This document shows, piece after piece, positions 11,268-21,270 of a stretch of 64,000 bases of DNA. The stretch spans positions 768,001-832,000 of the forward strand of contig OY969100.1 of NCBI GenBank assembly GCA_963697895.1, read 5' to 3'. Origin of the DNA: an uncultured Methanomicrobiales archaeon. GTDB taxonomy: Archaea; Halobacteriota; Methanomicrobia; Methanomicrobiales; Methanospirillaceae. Made by a program: the position numbers and the translations under genes. Every line of letters starts with the position of its first letter. The stretch's first letter is position 1. The notes below the pieces were generated by a model that had not been told where the DNA came from, ran no database searches, and was given only the letters and a program-made list of their open reading frames with translations.

Positions 11268-12191
11268 TTATGCCTCCGCCTGACGCATTACATCCAGATA
11301 GATCTCCTCCAGTGTCCGTGAAACCTTTATCGCCTCTTCTATGCTGATCCCTTGGCGTATAAGGCAATCGAGCATGGGAGATGCTGACTTACCGGCCAAG
11401 ACCATCCGAATCCTATCACCCTCCTGAATTACTTCCTTAACCTGCGGATCAGCACTCAGAACTACGATGGCGGGATCTATCTCTTTGGGATCCGCAAGCG
11501 TAATCAGCATTGTCGTGATCCCGGTACCGGCTGTAAGTCGCTGTATCGAATCGAGTGCCTGAATCTTGCCCCGGTGAAGGATCGCAACACGCGAACAGAC
11601 ACGGGATACTTCGTCAAGATTATGCGAGTTTAAAAATATCGTAATTGATTCGCGTCTGGAAAGCTCGAGGATAAGTTCCCGCACCATATGCTGGGCTTCC
11701 GGATCGAGGCCCGATGATGGTTCGTCAAAGAACAGGATCTCCGGATCGTGGAGAATTGCCCGGGCAACGCCGAGTTTTCGTTTCATTCCCGTGGAGAGCA
11801 TCCCGACCATCTGATTCCTCGATTCAGAGAGACCGACAAACGACAGAAGTTCAGAAATCCTTTCTTCACGATGGGGTACCCGGTAGAGGCGAGCAAAATA
11901 ATCGAGGTTCTCGTACGCGTTCAGTCGTTCATACAGCCCGTTATTTTCCAGCAGTACACCAACCTTGTGGCGAATGGCATCTTGATCCGAGAGCGAATAT
12001 CCGAGTACCGAAGCCTTACCACTGTCCGGCCGGAGGAGGCCGAGGAGGAGCCGCATCGTGGTTGTCTTCCCGGCACCGTTCGGCCCGAGAAATCCAAAGA
12101 CCTCGCCCTGTTCGATCGAAAAGCTGATACCATCCAATACAGATCGCCCATGAAAACTCTTTTTCAGCCCTTGGATCTCAATAACGCTCAA
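11268..12191 (-). CDS. ABC transporter ATP-binding protein (probable TTG start)
   Basis: GPNGAGKTT, LSTGM, ILFFDEP, SHNLDEV. Confidence 0.92.
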   Translation of the reverse strand: MSVIEIQGLKKSFHGRSVLDGISFSIEQGEVFGFLGPNGAGKTTTMRLLLGLLRPDSGKASVLGYSLSDQDAIRHKVGVLLENNGLYERLNAYENLDYFARLYRVPHREERISELLSFVGLSESRNQMVGMLSTGMKRKLGVARAILHDPEILFFDEPSSGLDPEAQHMVRELILELSRRESITIFLNSHNLDEVSRVCSRVAILHRGKIQALDSIQRLTAGTGITTMLITLADPKEIDPAIVVLSADPQVKEVIQEGDRIRMVLAGKSASPMLDCLIRQGISIEEAIKVSRTLEEIYLDVMRQAEA

Positions 12192-12396
12192 AAAAAGTAA
12201 CCCCTTGTGCTCATTATTCTGATAGGCCCCATAAGGAATTCTTCTCTGTGACAGAAGATACTCGGTTGATATTGAATGATCCGGTTTATTCTCGTCCTGC
12301 CGCCGCACCAGTCCTGGCAAGCTTGTGATTTGGGAATAAATCCGGGTACAAAATATCCCATCGAGGGCAAAAGATGGCTTAAACCGATAAAAGAGA

Positions 12397-12718
12397 TTAA
12401 CCGAACAGGGCTCCGAGCCCTGCCATGCCGCTCTCTTCTTCTTCCTTCTTTTCCTCCACGGATTCTCCCGCAGCAGGGGCTTCAGCCACACCCGCGGCTG
12501 GCGCACCGGCTGCCGGTGCTGCTACAGCCGCGACCGGTGCGGCAGTCTGCCTTGCTGATCGCCTCGTCGATATTTATCCCTTCAAGGGAAGCAACAAGTG
12601 CCTTTACACGGGATTCATCAACGGCAATACCCGCGGCAGTAAGGACTGCTTTGACATTTTCTTCATTAACCTTCTTTCCTGCCTTGTGCAGCAGAAGTGC
12701 TGCGTAGATATACTCCAT
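12397..12718 (-). CDS. rpl12: Ribosomal stalk protein P1/L12 with +1 frameshift at ~12546 (probably sequencing error)
   Basis: [11 protein letters not shown]...IDEAISKA continues in the next frame as [13 protein letters not shown]...[19 protein letters not shown]. Confidence 0.93.
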
Positions 12719-12742
12719 CTCATTCACCTTATCAATTTTAAA

Positions 12743-13597
12743 TCAGCGGCCCTCCACTATTTCTTTAAGGGCCTGTGTTTCTCTGTACGCTTTACCTATA
12801 ATCGCATCAATAACGTCTTTTTCATAGACGCTCGCCTCGATCGCAAGTCCACGAGCTTCCCTGACCGCTTTCGTGATTATCGGCTGGATGGTCTCCCGTG
12901 TTGGAATGGCCGCATTCACCGAGAGATTGAAAGCCTGTACCGATGCCAGAGTGATCTGGTTCAGAACGACTGTCTCATCGATAGCAAGGACTGCAGGCTC
13001 ATAAATGCCACCATCATACCATGCGACCTGGAGGAGAAGACCGATATCCATCGGTTTGATATCCAGTTTGGAGAGGACATCTGCAAGTTTTGCACCAATC
13101 ACCGCACCTTTCTTCACGACGGTCTTAGTCTCACGAATCTTAACCTTGCCTGCCTCGATAGCAGCGGGAATTCCTGCCTGCTGGAGTTCCCCGACGATAG
13201 GTCCCGGTTTGAAACTCGTCGGTCCTTTCTCAACAACGATGTCCTCCGGGGCGACCTCGCCAGCCTTGGCTGCCATCTTGGTCTTGGTCTTCTCCAGCGT
13301 TCTAAATAACCGGAACGGGTTCTCGTTCGTAAAGATCAGGGCGGAGTGCCCGGAAACAAACCCGCTTACTTCCTTTTTATCCCCTCCGATCTCTTCGAAA
13401 GCATGTTTAATCAGGGTGTTACGCGTCATCCTGATGACTGCCGTTCCGCGGAGATTGCGCCGGATCTGCTGGACCTGGGTTCCTGGTATTCCGTACATAT
13501 CGACCAGACCAACGAGGGTATACTGATCCGCATACCGTTTAATCTCCTCGATCTCCTTGCGCTTCCATTCCGGGAGATGATGAGTGTACAATGCCAT
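12743..13597 (-). CDS. rpl10: Ribosomal protein L10/P0
   Basis: PEWKRKE, RNTL, GPTSFKPGP, GIPAAIEAGKV. Confidence 0.96.
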   Translation of the reverse strand: MALYTHHLPEWKRKEIEEIKRYADQYTLVGLVDMYGIPGTQVQQIRRNLRGTAVIRMTRNTLIKHAFEEIGGDKKEVSGFVSGHSALIFTNENPFRLFRTLEKTKTKMAAKAGEVAPEDIVVEKGPTSFKPGPIVGELQQAGIPAAIEAGKVKIRETKTVVKKGAVIGAKLADVLSKLDIKPMDIGLLLQVAWYDGGIYEPAVLAIDETVVLNQITLASVQAFNLSVNAAIPTRETIQPIITKAVREARGLAIEASVYEKDVIDAIIGKAYRETQALKEIVEGR

Positions 13598-13598
13598 G

Positions 13599-14243
13599 CT
13601 ACACCAACCTCTCTGCCGGCCCCATCGTCGTTTTCACATAGACCGACCGGATATTGAGATGTCCCTGCTCCAGAACGGACTCAACCCTCTTCAAAACGGT
13701 GTCGATATTTTCAGCGATCTGTTCCGGTGCCATCTGTGTCGTCCCGACTTTCACATGAAAGACTTTCTTATCCTTGGTCCGTATCTTCACAGAATTTCGG
13801 AGACGATCAACGATGGGCCTGATATCCGTCCCGCTTGGGATGGGCATCGGCATGCGGCCCCGTGGTCCGAGGCGCGGCCCCAGGAATCGTCCTACCGAAG
13901 GCATCACTCCCGTTTCTGCGAGGAAAAACCGGTACGCATTCGCTATCTTCCGTGCTTCGCGGGGTTCTCCTCCGAGACGTTCTATCTCTTCGGGACCGAT
14001 GATCAGATCCACGCCGGCTTCTTTGGCCTGCGTCACAATATCCCCTTTTCCAAGCACCACAATGCTGTTCTGTTTTCCGGTGCCGAAGGGGAGAAGAATC
14101 GTTTCGTCGATACGATTTTTCGGCTGCGCCATATCGATATTCTTGAGATTGACGGTAATATCTACGCTCTCAGAGAATTTTCGTTCAGGCGCTTTTTCAA
14201 CAGCCGACTTTACGGCCTGCAAAATTCTGGCCCTTTCAACCAT
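13599..14243 (-). CDS. rpl1: Ribosomal protein L1
   Basis: RKFSESVDITVNLK, LGPRGRMP, VKTTMGP. Confidence 0.97.
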   Translation of the reverse strand: MVERARILQAVKSAVEKAPERKFSESVDITVNLKNIDMAQPKNRIDETILLPFGTGKQNSIVVLGKGDIVTQAKEAGVDLIIGPEEIERLGGEPREARKIANAYRFFLAETGVMPSVGRFLGPRLGPRGRMPMPIPSGTDIRPIVDRLRNSVKIRTKDKKVFHVKVGTTQMAPEQIAENIDTVLKRVESVLEQGHLNIRSVYVKTTMGPAERLV

Positions 14244-14252
14244 CTGATTCCT

Positions 14253-14285
14253 CCATAGTACTCGACCTTTTTAGATCTTCTATGG
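14253..14285 (-). promoter_or_regulatory. Putative L1-binding translational operator hairpin
   Basis: mRNA CCAUAG-AA-GAUCU-AAAA-AGGUC-GAGUA-CUAUGG; its 3' arm overlaps the SD GGAGG of rpl1. Confidence 0.6.
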
Positions 14286-14295
14286 TGTGTTCTCT

Positions 14296-14772
14296 CTACT
14301 CTGCGAGGAGCTTATCATAGACTCCCGCATTTATCGCGGCGATAGCATCTTTCGGTTTTTTACCATCAACGGTAACACCGACGCTGACGCAGGTACCAAC
14401 AACTTCCTTGACCGCATTCCGAAGGTCATAAGAGAGCATATCGTCGCGCTTCATACGGGCGATTCTGATTGCGGCCTCGATCTGCAAATCTCCGACCACC
14501 GTGGTGGCCGGCTCCGGGGAACCCTTCTCGATATTAACCTCTTTTTTAATGAGAGCCGTCGTAGGCGGGACGCCTACCGAGACCGTGAAGTTCTTCTTGT
14601 CATCGACCTCGATCTTCACCGGCACCTGCATGCCGTTGAACGTCGAGGTCTTGCTGTTGATCATGTCAACAACTGCCTTCACATTAATGCCGAGTGGTCC
14701 GAGAGCAGGTCCTATCGGTGGACCTGCAGTCGCCTTCCCTCCGGATACCAATACCTCGACCACTTCTGCCAT
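14296..14772 (-). CDS. rpl11: Ribosomal protein L11
   Basis: GGKATAGPPIGPALGPLG, VGTCVSVG. Confidence 0.97.
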   Translation of the reverse strand: MAEVVEVLVSGGKATAGPPIGPALGPLGINVKAVVDMINSKTSTFNGMQVPVKIEVDDKKNFTVSVGVPPTTALIKKEVNIEKGSPEPATTVVGDLQIEAAIRIARMKRDDMLSYDLRNAVKEVVGTCVSVGVTVDGKKPKDAIAAINAGVYDKLLAE

Positions 14773-14875
14773 AGTATCTCCATGCCGTCCCCTCTCGGTG
14801 ACGTAGCGTGGGTTAAATAAGGTTGACGCGGGGAGATTTAAAGGTAGTACCAGAACAACATACAGGAGTTCAGCC

Positions 14876-15349
14876 TTATGTCATGTCACCTTTATCAACT
14901 ACTCGGACATTATCGCCCCGTACGGTGATGGGGATGGGAAGTACACTCTCATAGAGTTCCACGGTAATCTCTTCTTTACCCGCATCTATTCGTTTCACAA
15001 CCGCCTTTTCTCCCTTGAATGGTCCCGCGATCAGTTCAACGATAGTACCCTCGCTGATACCGGATACGACCGGTTTTGGCACGAGGAAGTGGCCTACTTC
15101 GCTCAGGCTTGTCTCCCCGCGGACGACGGTGCGCGCGTGTGGAACTTTCTCTACGAGCTGCTCGACCCGCGGGAGGCTCTCTGGAGTCTCAACAAGGACA
15201 TATCCCTTCAATTCGTCCGGGACGATAACGGCAACAACCTTAACATCGGTCGCTTTGGTATCGATTGCTTTTTTGATATTGTCTGCTACCGTCCGCTCCT
15301 GCTTCGAGGTCGTCTTGATGGCAAAAATTCGGTTTGGATTTTCTTCCAT
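14876..15349 (-). CDS. spt5: Transcription elongation factor Spt5 (NusG family)
   Basis: NGN domain KGYVLVE; KOW motif GPFKGE. Confidence 0.95.
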   Translation of the reverse strand: MEENPNRIFAIKTTSKQERTVADNIKKAIDTKATDVKVVAVIVPDELKGYVLVETPESLPRVEQLVEKVPHARTVVRGETSLSEVGHFLVPKPVVSGISEGTIVELIAGPFKGEKAVVKRIDAGKEEITVELYESVLPIPITVRGDNVRVVDKGDMT

Positions 15350-15354
15350 GGGGA

Positions 15355-15561
15355 TCAGACCGATGCAGCGAAGAACAGCTTGTAGATGATAAATCCGATG
15401 ATCCCAACGACGGCGACACCCGCGGCCGCAACCAGGGCGATCTTTTTGTATTCATCCCATTTCGGCGTCCTCGCAAGTTTGAGGATTCGGATGTATTTCC
15501 TGAATAACTCTTCATTCAGGTTCAATTTTAAATTCGGTTTCGGGAGCTCCATAGTGATCAC
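15355..15561 (-). CDS. secE: Protein translocase SecE/Sec61 gamma
   Basis: [16 protein letters not shown] plus one TM; ftsZ-secE-spt5 synteny. Confidence 0.92.
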   Translation of the reverse strand: MITMELPKPNLKLNLNEELFRKYIRILKLARTPKWDEYKKIALVAAAGVAVVGIIGFIIYKLFFAASV

Positions 15562-16649
15562 TTCAGGAAGTCGATCTCAAACTGCTTCTGCACTTTGGGG
15601 GTAATCTTTTCGTTTCTTCCATATATTTGTGGTGACCGTACACCGGTGACCACGAGCATGGTCCGCATACGGTTCTGCATCTCCGGGTCTATCTGAGCGC
15701 CCCATATAATGCGCGCATTGGGGTCGATCCGGTTATAGACCTCCTGTACAACTCCTTCCGCTTCTTCCATAGTCATATCGGGTCCCCCGATGACATTGAC
15801 GAGCGCGGCGGTTGCTCCCGAAATATCCACATCGAGCAAAGGCGAACGGATCGCCTTCTTTACCGAGTCTCCCGCTTTATCTTCACTATCGCTCTCCCCC
15901 ATCCCAATCATTGCGACACCGCCCCGCTCCATAACCGTGCGGACGTCAGCGAAGTCGAGGTTGACCAGCCCGGGCATGGTGATCAGTTCCGTGATTCCCT
16001 TGACGGCTCGCATGAGGACCTCATCCGCCACCTTAAACGCCGCGTACAGGGGGAGTTTCGGTACAACCTCAAGGAGCCGGTCATTTGGAACAACAATGAC
16101 GGTATCGGTGACATCCCTCAGCCTTTCAAGTCCGGCTTCGGCATTTTCCATCCGGATGGAGCCTTCAGCCGTGAACGGCAGTGTCACTATTGCAATCGTG
16201 AGGGCTCCTTCCTCATGCGCTGCTTTGGCAACGATGGGTGCGCATCCGGTCCCCGTGCCGCCCCCGAGCCCCACAGTAATGAACACCATGTCGCATCCCG
16301 ATACTGCATGCTTGATGTCCTGCTCGTTCTCGAGCGCCGCTTCCTCTCCAATCTGCGGAATGGAGCCCGCCCCGAGCCCCCGTGTCCGTTGCCTTCCGAT
16401 CAGAATACGGTAATCGGCCTGCGTTCTCGCAAGGTGCTGTGCATCCGTATTGATGGCAATTAGTTTAGCACCGTGGATACCCTCGTCCATCATGCGGGTG
16501 ATCGTATTGGACCCGCTTCCACCGCATCCGATCACCGTGATTTCGGTCTTTAATTCTTTCAGGATCTGGTCCAGCTCTTCATTATTCTTCGAAGCGTCAA
16601 GTGATTCGTCTTTCACCTTATTGAGTGCCTCTTCGACGATTGATCTCAT
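15558..16649 (-). CDS. ftsZ: Cell division protein FtsZ
   Basis: [22 protein letters not shown]. Confidence 0.97.
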   Translation of the reverse strand: MRSIVEEALNKVKDESLDASKNNEELDQILKELKTEITVIGCGGSGSNTITRMMDEGIHGAKLIAINTDAQHLARTQADYRILIGRQRTRGLGAGSIPQIGEEAALENEQDIKHAVSGCDMVFITVGLGGGTGTGCAPIVAKAAHEEGALTIAIVTLPFTAEGSIRMENAEAGLERLRDVTDTVIVVPNDRLLEVVPKLPLYAAFKVADEVLMRAVKGITELITMPGLVNLDFADVRTVMERGGVAMIGMGESDSEDKAGDSVKKAIRSPLLDVDISGATAALVNVIGGPDMTMEEAEGVVQEVYNRIDPNARIIWGAQIDPEMQNRMRTMLVVTGVRSPQIYGRNEKITPKVQKQFEIDFLK

Positions 16650-17955
16650 ATGTAACGTTCTCCAACCCCGGGATCTGGATTTTTTTCACTATGGTTTTTT
16701 GGACCATCTCAGGGATGATCACCCGATCACCGATCCTGACTTCATGCCCTTTCATCAGGTCTCCGCAGAGTGGTCCTTCGGTGACCCCCAATTCGCGCGC
16801 TTTCAGGGGGTCAAACCTCTTCTTATGGATTGTCAGCTGATCTCCTTCAATTGCAATCTTTTCTTTATAACTAATGATTGTTACGCATAAGGTTATTAAA
16901 TCATGCAATACCTGCGACCGCTCTGCGCTCCCGGTGATAAAAATCGGCAATATCGAACGTTTCGGGGTGGAGATGTGGGCGAACGGAAGGGGTTCGAATG
17001 CCACCAGGAGTGCCTGTTCATCTGCCTTCCGTGCCTCATCAAGGAGTTCCCGGTTAACTTCAAAGAATTCAGGGACCTGTTCCCTTCGCATCCGGTGAAT
17101 ATGGCAGGTTGCGGACGATTCCACCGAAAGTGCCATCTCGATTATGACCCGGAAGGTACCCCATGACAGGTCACCGATAGAGGCGAGATCCCGCTCCCAG
17201 AGCCTGGTAATTCCTAAATTCGTTAGAATCTGCTCCAATCTTCTGATTTCCATTGTGGAAAGCGCTTTGCGGTCGATATATGCAGCAACGGCCCCGGTCT
17301 GCTCCTGCATCCTGCGAACCTGTTCGATGCCGAGATCCGGTATAACCCGGCTTGGTGCGATATGCCCGAATGCACCTCTGGTCGTCAGCGCAATCTGAGT
17401 CTGACGCTGGCAGTAATGCGTCCCCCCTAACCCGATGAGATCAATGGTATCAACCGGTTCGGCATTGATGACGCTCTCTGCTACTGCTTCACCTGCCGCC
17501 TCATCGATCCACTCGTCCTCAGTGCTTCCAATTTCAACAAAAAATGAGGGTGTTTCCAGTTCCGTCGGACCATGATGGGTACTCTCATACGAGACCCGGT
17601 ATCCTGCAGGAGCATGGCAGGAGAGCCCACGCAGGACGGCATGCATCCAACCCGGTGCGGCGGGAGGGAGAATACCTGGTCTCCCGCCGAGGCTGGCATG
17701 AGAGAAATTTCCTGATACATGAACGGTAAGCACCGGTTCCGGTTTTTGACTGACGTGTCTGGAGAGGAAGCAGATCGTATCGGCATCGACTTTCCTGTCG
17801 ATCCGGTCCTGCTCGATAAGCTTGCCCTCTACTTCAATAAGTTCGAACTGGTGAACCCCCCGGATAGGTTTCCCTGAATCGATAATCTGCTCGATATGAC
17901 TGCGAATATTCTTCCCGGCCGGGTCATTACAGGAATTGATCAGGGCAATGTTCAC
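16618..17955 (-). CDS. dtdA: D-aminoacyl-tRNA deacylase (DTD2/GEK1 type) with C-terminal extension
   Basis: [31 protein letters not shown] motifs. Confidence 0.9.
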   Translation of the reverse strand: MNIALINSCNDPAGKNIRSHIEQIIDSGKPIRGVHQFELIEVEGKLIEQDRIDRKVDADTICFLSRHVSQKPEPVLTVHVSGNFSHASLGGRPGILPPAAPGWMHAVLRGLSCHAPAGYRVSYESTHHGPTELETPSFFVEIGSTEDEWIDEAAGEAVAESVINAEPVDTIDLIGLGGTHYCQRQTQIALTTRGAFGHIAPSRVIPDLGIEQVRRMQEQTGAVAAYIDRKALSTMEIRRLEQILTNLGITRLWERDLASIGDLSWGTFRVIIEMALSVESSATCHIHRMRREQVPEFFEVNRELLDEARKADEQALLVAFEPLPFAHISTPKRSILPIFITGSAERSQVLHDLITLCVTIISYKEKIAIEGDQLTIHKKRFDPLKARELGVTEGPLCGDLMKGHEVRIGDRVIIPEMVQKTIVKKIQIPGLENVTYEINRRRGTQ

Positions 17956-18041
17956 CGGTCATTACGCTCCCGTCTGATGAGATTACATATGTATTTCCTT
18001 GATAGTAAACACTATTTCATGATAACTGCACTATTGTTAGT

Positions 18042-18218
18042 ATGAATGCAGAGCAGATCAAAAAAGTCTTCGAGACCGAGGGGATTACTACTGAGATAAA
18101 ATGCCCTGATGCATTCGCGATCGCGGAAAAATACGGCATCTCAAAGACTGATATCTCCCGGTACTGCAACCAGAAAGGGATAAAAATACGGGCATGCCAG
18201 TTGGGCTGCTTCAAATGA
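18042..18218 (+). CDS. Small Cys-containing protein (58 aa, C-terminal CQLGCF), overlaps moeA start
   Basis: MNAEQIKKVF...IKCPDAFAIAEKYGISKTDISRYCNQKGIKIRACQLGCFK*; ATGA overlap; below ORF-track cutoff. Confidence 0.82.
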   Translation: MNAEQIKKVFETEGITTEIKCPDAFAIAEKYGISKTDISRYCNQKGIKIRACQLGCFK

Positions 18219-19441
18219 GCCTTTTTTTACATACAATACCCGTTGATGAAGCAATACGGAAGGCGGTCGCTCTCGCCCCGCTGATGCCGGTGGAAGAAGT
18301 CAGACTCTCCGAAGTGCTTTCCAGGGTACTCGCATCGGACATTCACGCCGATATCGATATCCCGGGATTCAATCGATCATCCGTGGATGGATTTGCTGTC
18401 CTCGCCTCGGACACTACAGGTTCAGGGGAAGCGGTGCCCGCGATGCTTACTTTTGTGGGATCGATCGGAATGGGAATGGGAGACCCTCTGGAGTTGCACC
18501 CGGGAGAATGTGCCTATGTCCCGACAGGAGGCCGGGTGCCGGACGGGGCGGATTCTGTTGCCATGATTGAATACTGCGAACGGGCCGGAGATATCATCCT
18601 GATAAAGCGGGCGGTTGCACCGGGGGAGAATCTTGTACGAAGGGACGAAGACTTTGCACGTTCGGAGGTGGTCCTCCATCAGGGAAGACGGCTATCCCCA
18701 CAGGATATGGGGGTACTTGCCGCGGTAGGATGCGATTCGGTACCGGTACGGAAAAGGCCCCGGATCGGGATTATATCGACAGGAAATGAACTAATATCCA
18801 TTCATGAACGGCCTCTTCCCGGTGAGGTCCGGGATGTGAACACGTACCTCTGTAAAGGATTTGTACAAATCTACGGCTGTCAGGCATCCTGTTATGGTAT
18901 TATCCCGGACGACAAGGTTTCGCTCCTTCATGCACTGACCCGGGCGACTGGAGAAAGTGATGCGGTGATCATATCCGGGGGGAGTTCCAAAGATGAACGG
19001 GACATCACTGCATCGGTGATCGGCGAACTCGGTGAGGTGGTTGTTCACGGTGTTGCGATATCGCCGGGTAAGCCTACCATTATCGGGCATGCAGGTAAAA
19101 TCCCGGTCATCGGTCTCCCTGGTCACCCGGCTTCGGCATATATCGTTCTCTTCGTCATCGTGCACCACCTCCTCACCACCATGTGCGGTGAGAGCCACCG
19201 GCAGAGACCAGCGAGAACAGCAATTCTTTCCCAGAATATTCCCTCTGCCCGGGGACGGGAGGAATATGTCCGGGTTCGTATCTTTAATGGAATGGCAGAT
19301 CCCCTCTACGGAAAATCCGGTCTCCTCAACACGCTCGTGCGGAGCGACGGGGTTGTATCCATACCGGCGGGCTGTGAAGGATATGAGAAAGGCGACACGG
19401 TGGAGGTGCTCCTGTGGGAGAACGGTACCTTAACGTCATAA
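18215..19441 (+). CDS. moeA: Molybdopterin molybdo/tungstotransferase MoeA1
   Basis: FNRSSVDGFAV, PTGGRVPDGAD, ISTGNEL, SGGSS, PGKPT, GLPGHP. Confidence 0.93.
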   Translation: MSLFLHTIPVDEAIRKAVALAPLMPVEEVRLSEVLSRVLASDIHADIDIPGFNRSSVDGFAVLASDTTGSGEAVPAMLTFVGSIGMGMGDPLELHPGECAYVPTGGRVPDGADSVAMIEYCERAGDIILIKRAVAPGENLVRRDEDFARSEVVLHQGRRLSPQDMGVLAAVGCDSVPVRKRPRIGIISTGNELISIHERPLPGEVRDVNTYLCKGFVQIYGCQASCYGIIPDDKVSLLHALTRATGESDAVIISGGSSKDERDITASVIGELGEVVVHGVAISPGKPTIIGHAGKIPVIGLPGHPASAYIVLFVIVHHLLTTMCGESHRQRPARTAILSQNIPSARGREEYVRVRIFNGMADPLYGKSGLLNTLVRSDGVVSIPAGCEGYEKGDTVEVLLWENGTLTS

Positions 19442-21270
19442 CGCTCGAAAAAGCCATAAATCTCATGAAAATAACGTTCCCATCCCGGATTAAGACGATC
19501 CGGATTCCACTCGAGGATACAGTCGGAAGGATAACCGCTTCGGCGGTATTTGCAAAGTACTCGGTCCCGGGCGTTCATCTCTCCGCGATGGACGGTATCG
19601 CGGTGAAAAGTGGGGATACTATAGGGGCTGATGAGCAGCACCCCGTTACCCTTCCGGTTTCAGTCCTGGTCAATACAGGAAATATCGTTCCTCCGGGTTT
19701 CGACGCGGTGATTATGGTCGAAGATGTCTGGGAGGAGAAAGGTCATTATACGATCAGAAGATCTGTTAGTCCATGGCAGCATATCCGTCCGGCAGGCGAA
19801 GACATCGCGGAATCTGAGATGATTATTCCTTCGCTACACCGGATACGTCCGCACGAACTCGGTGCCCTTGCTGCATACGGAGTGACCCATCTGGATGTGA
19901 TCACCCTCCGAATAGGGCTGGTCCCGACAGGAAGTGAGCTGATATCCCCGGGTATTCGTCCCGCTCCCGGTCAGGTTATCGAGAGCAATACCGTCATGGC
20001 AGCAGCATGGCTGACCTCGATGGGGGCGGAATGCACGCGTTACCCGATTACCCGGGATGAACCCGACCAGATCCATGACGCATTGCATCGCGCTGTCGCC
20101 GAGAACGATATGGTTATCATTTCAGCCGGATCCTCGGCAGGCACCCGCGATTACACGGCTCAGACTATTGCCGACATGGGAGAAGTGCTCATCCACGGGG
20201 TCTCAATAAAGCCTGGAAAACCGGTGATCGTGGGAAAGATTGATGGGAAACCCGTTATCGGGATGCCGGGATATCCCCTGTCGGCGCTGACGGTCCTTCG
20301 TGAGGTCGTGAAGCCCCTCCTCACGCAGTATGGGTTCCAGAACAGCGAAGAGGAGGTTCTTGAAGCGATACTCACCCGCAATTTGCACTCCGATATCGGC
20401 ACCGATGAATTTGTGCTCCTCTCAATCGGGAGGATCCATGACCGCTGGGTTGCCATTCCACAATCAAGGGGTTCCGGCATTCAGATGAGTGCCGTTCGCG
20501 CGAATGCATATCTCAGGATTCCTGGTGCACGGGAAGGCTACGAAGCAGGTGATCGGGTCGAAGTACATCTGATGGCTAACCGGCATCTGGCAGAAACGGC
20601 GCTTCTGATAACCGGAAGCCACGACCCGGCACTCGACTACCTCGCCGATCTGGTCCGGATAGGGGATGTGGAACTTCATTCAACGCATACAGGAAGCATG
20701 GGTGGACTTATCGCCCTTTCGAGGGACGAATGTCACGCTGCCCCCATGCATCTCCTCGCGGCGGACGGGACCTATAATACCGAGTACCTCTCCCGCTTTA
20801 TGCCCGGCATCAACCTGACTTTGATCTGTATTGCGGAACGGGAACAGGGCATCGTTTCGAAGGATGGGATATCCCTTGACGGGGTTGTTGGGCGGCGGTT
20901 TATTAACCGGCAGAAGGGTTCAGGAACCAGGATGCTCCTCGATTATGAGTTGAAACGCCGGGGGATCGATCCTGCTGCGATCCGGGGTTATGACCACGAA
21001 GTGACTACCCATATCGCGGTCGCACTTGCGGTCATGACCGGTGAGGCCGATGCAGGCATGTGCGTAGCAAGTGCGGCAAAGGCGCTTTCACTTCCGTTCG
21101 TGCCGGTTGCAAAGGAACGGTATGAGCTGGTGCTCCGTACCGAACATCTGCAGGATTCCCGTATAGATGTACTCATCGATGCGATAGGGTCCCCTCAGTT
21201 CAGCTCTGTCCTCGCCCGACTCGGCGGGTACGATCTGAAAGAAACCGGCGTGCGGAGGATACTGCCATAG
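19414..21270 (+). CDS. moeA: MoeA2 fused to a PBP-type (molybdate-binding-like) domain
   Basis: SAMDGIAV, SAGSSAG, PGYP; C-terminal GSHD, GSMGGL, INRQKGSGTR. Confidence 0.92.
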   Translation: MGERYLNVITLEKAINLMKITFPSRIKTIRIPLEDTVGRITASAVFAKYSVPGVHLSAMDGIAVKSGDTIGADEQHPVTLPVSVLVNTGNIVPPGFDAVIMVEDVWEEKGHYTIRRSVSPWQHIRPAGEDIAESEMIIPSLHRIRPHELGALAAYGVTHLDVITLRIGLVPTGSELISPGIRPAPGQVIESNTVMAAAWLTSMGAECTRYPITRDEPDQIHDALHRAVAENDMVIISAGSSAGTRDYTAQTIADMGEVLIHGVSIKPGKPVIVGKIDGKPVIGMPGYPLSALTVLREVVKPLLTQYGFQNSEEEVLEAILTRNLHSDIGTDEFVLLSIGRIHDRWVAIPQSRGSGIQMSAVRANAYLRIPGAREGYEAGDRVEVHLMANRHLAETALLITGSHDPALDYLADLVRIGDVELHSTHTGSMGGLIALSRDECHAAPMHLLAADGTYNTEYLSRFMPGINLTLICIAEREQGIVSKDGISLDGVVGRRFINRQKGSGTRMLLDYELKRRGIDPAAIRGYDHEVTTHIAVALAVMTGEADAGMCVASAAKALSLPFVPVAKERYELVLRTEHLQDSRIDVLIDAIGSPQFSSVLARLGGYDLKETGVRRILP

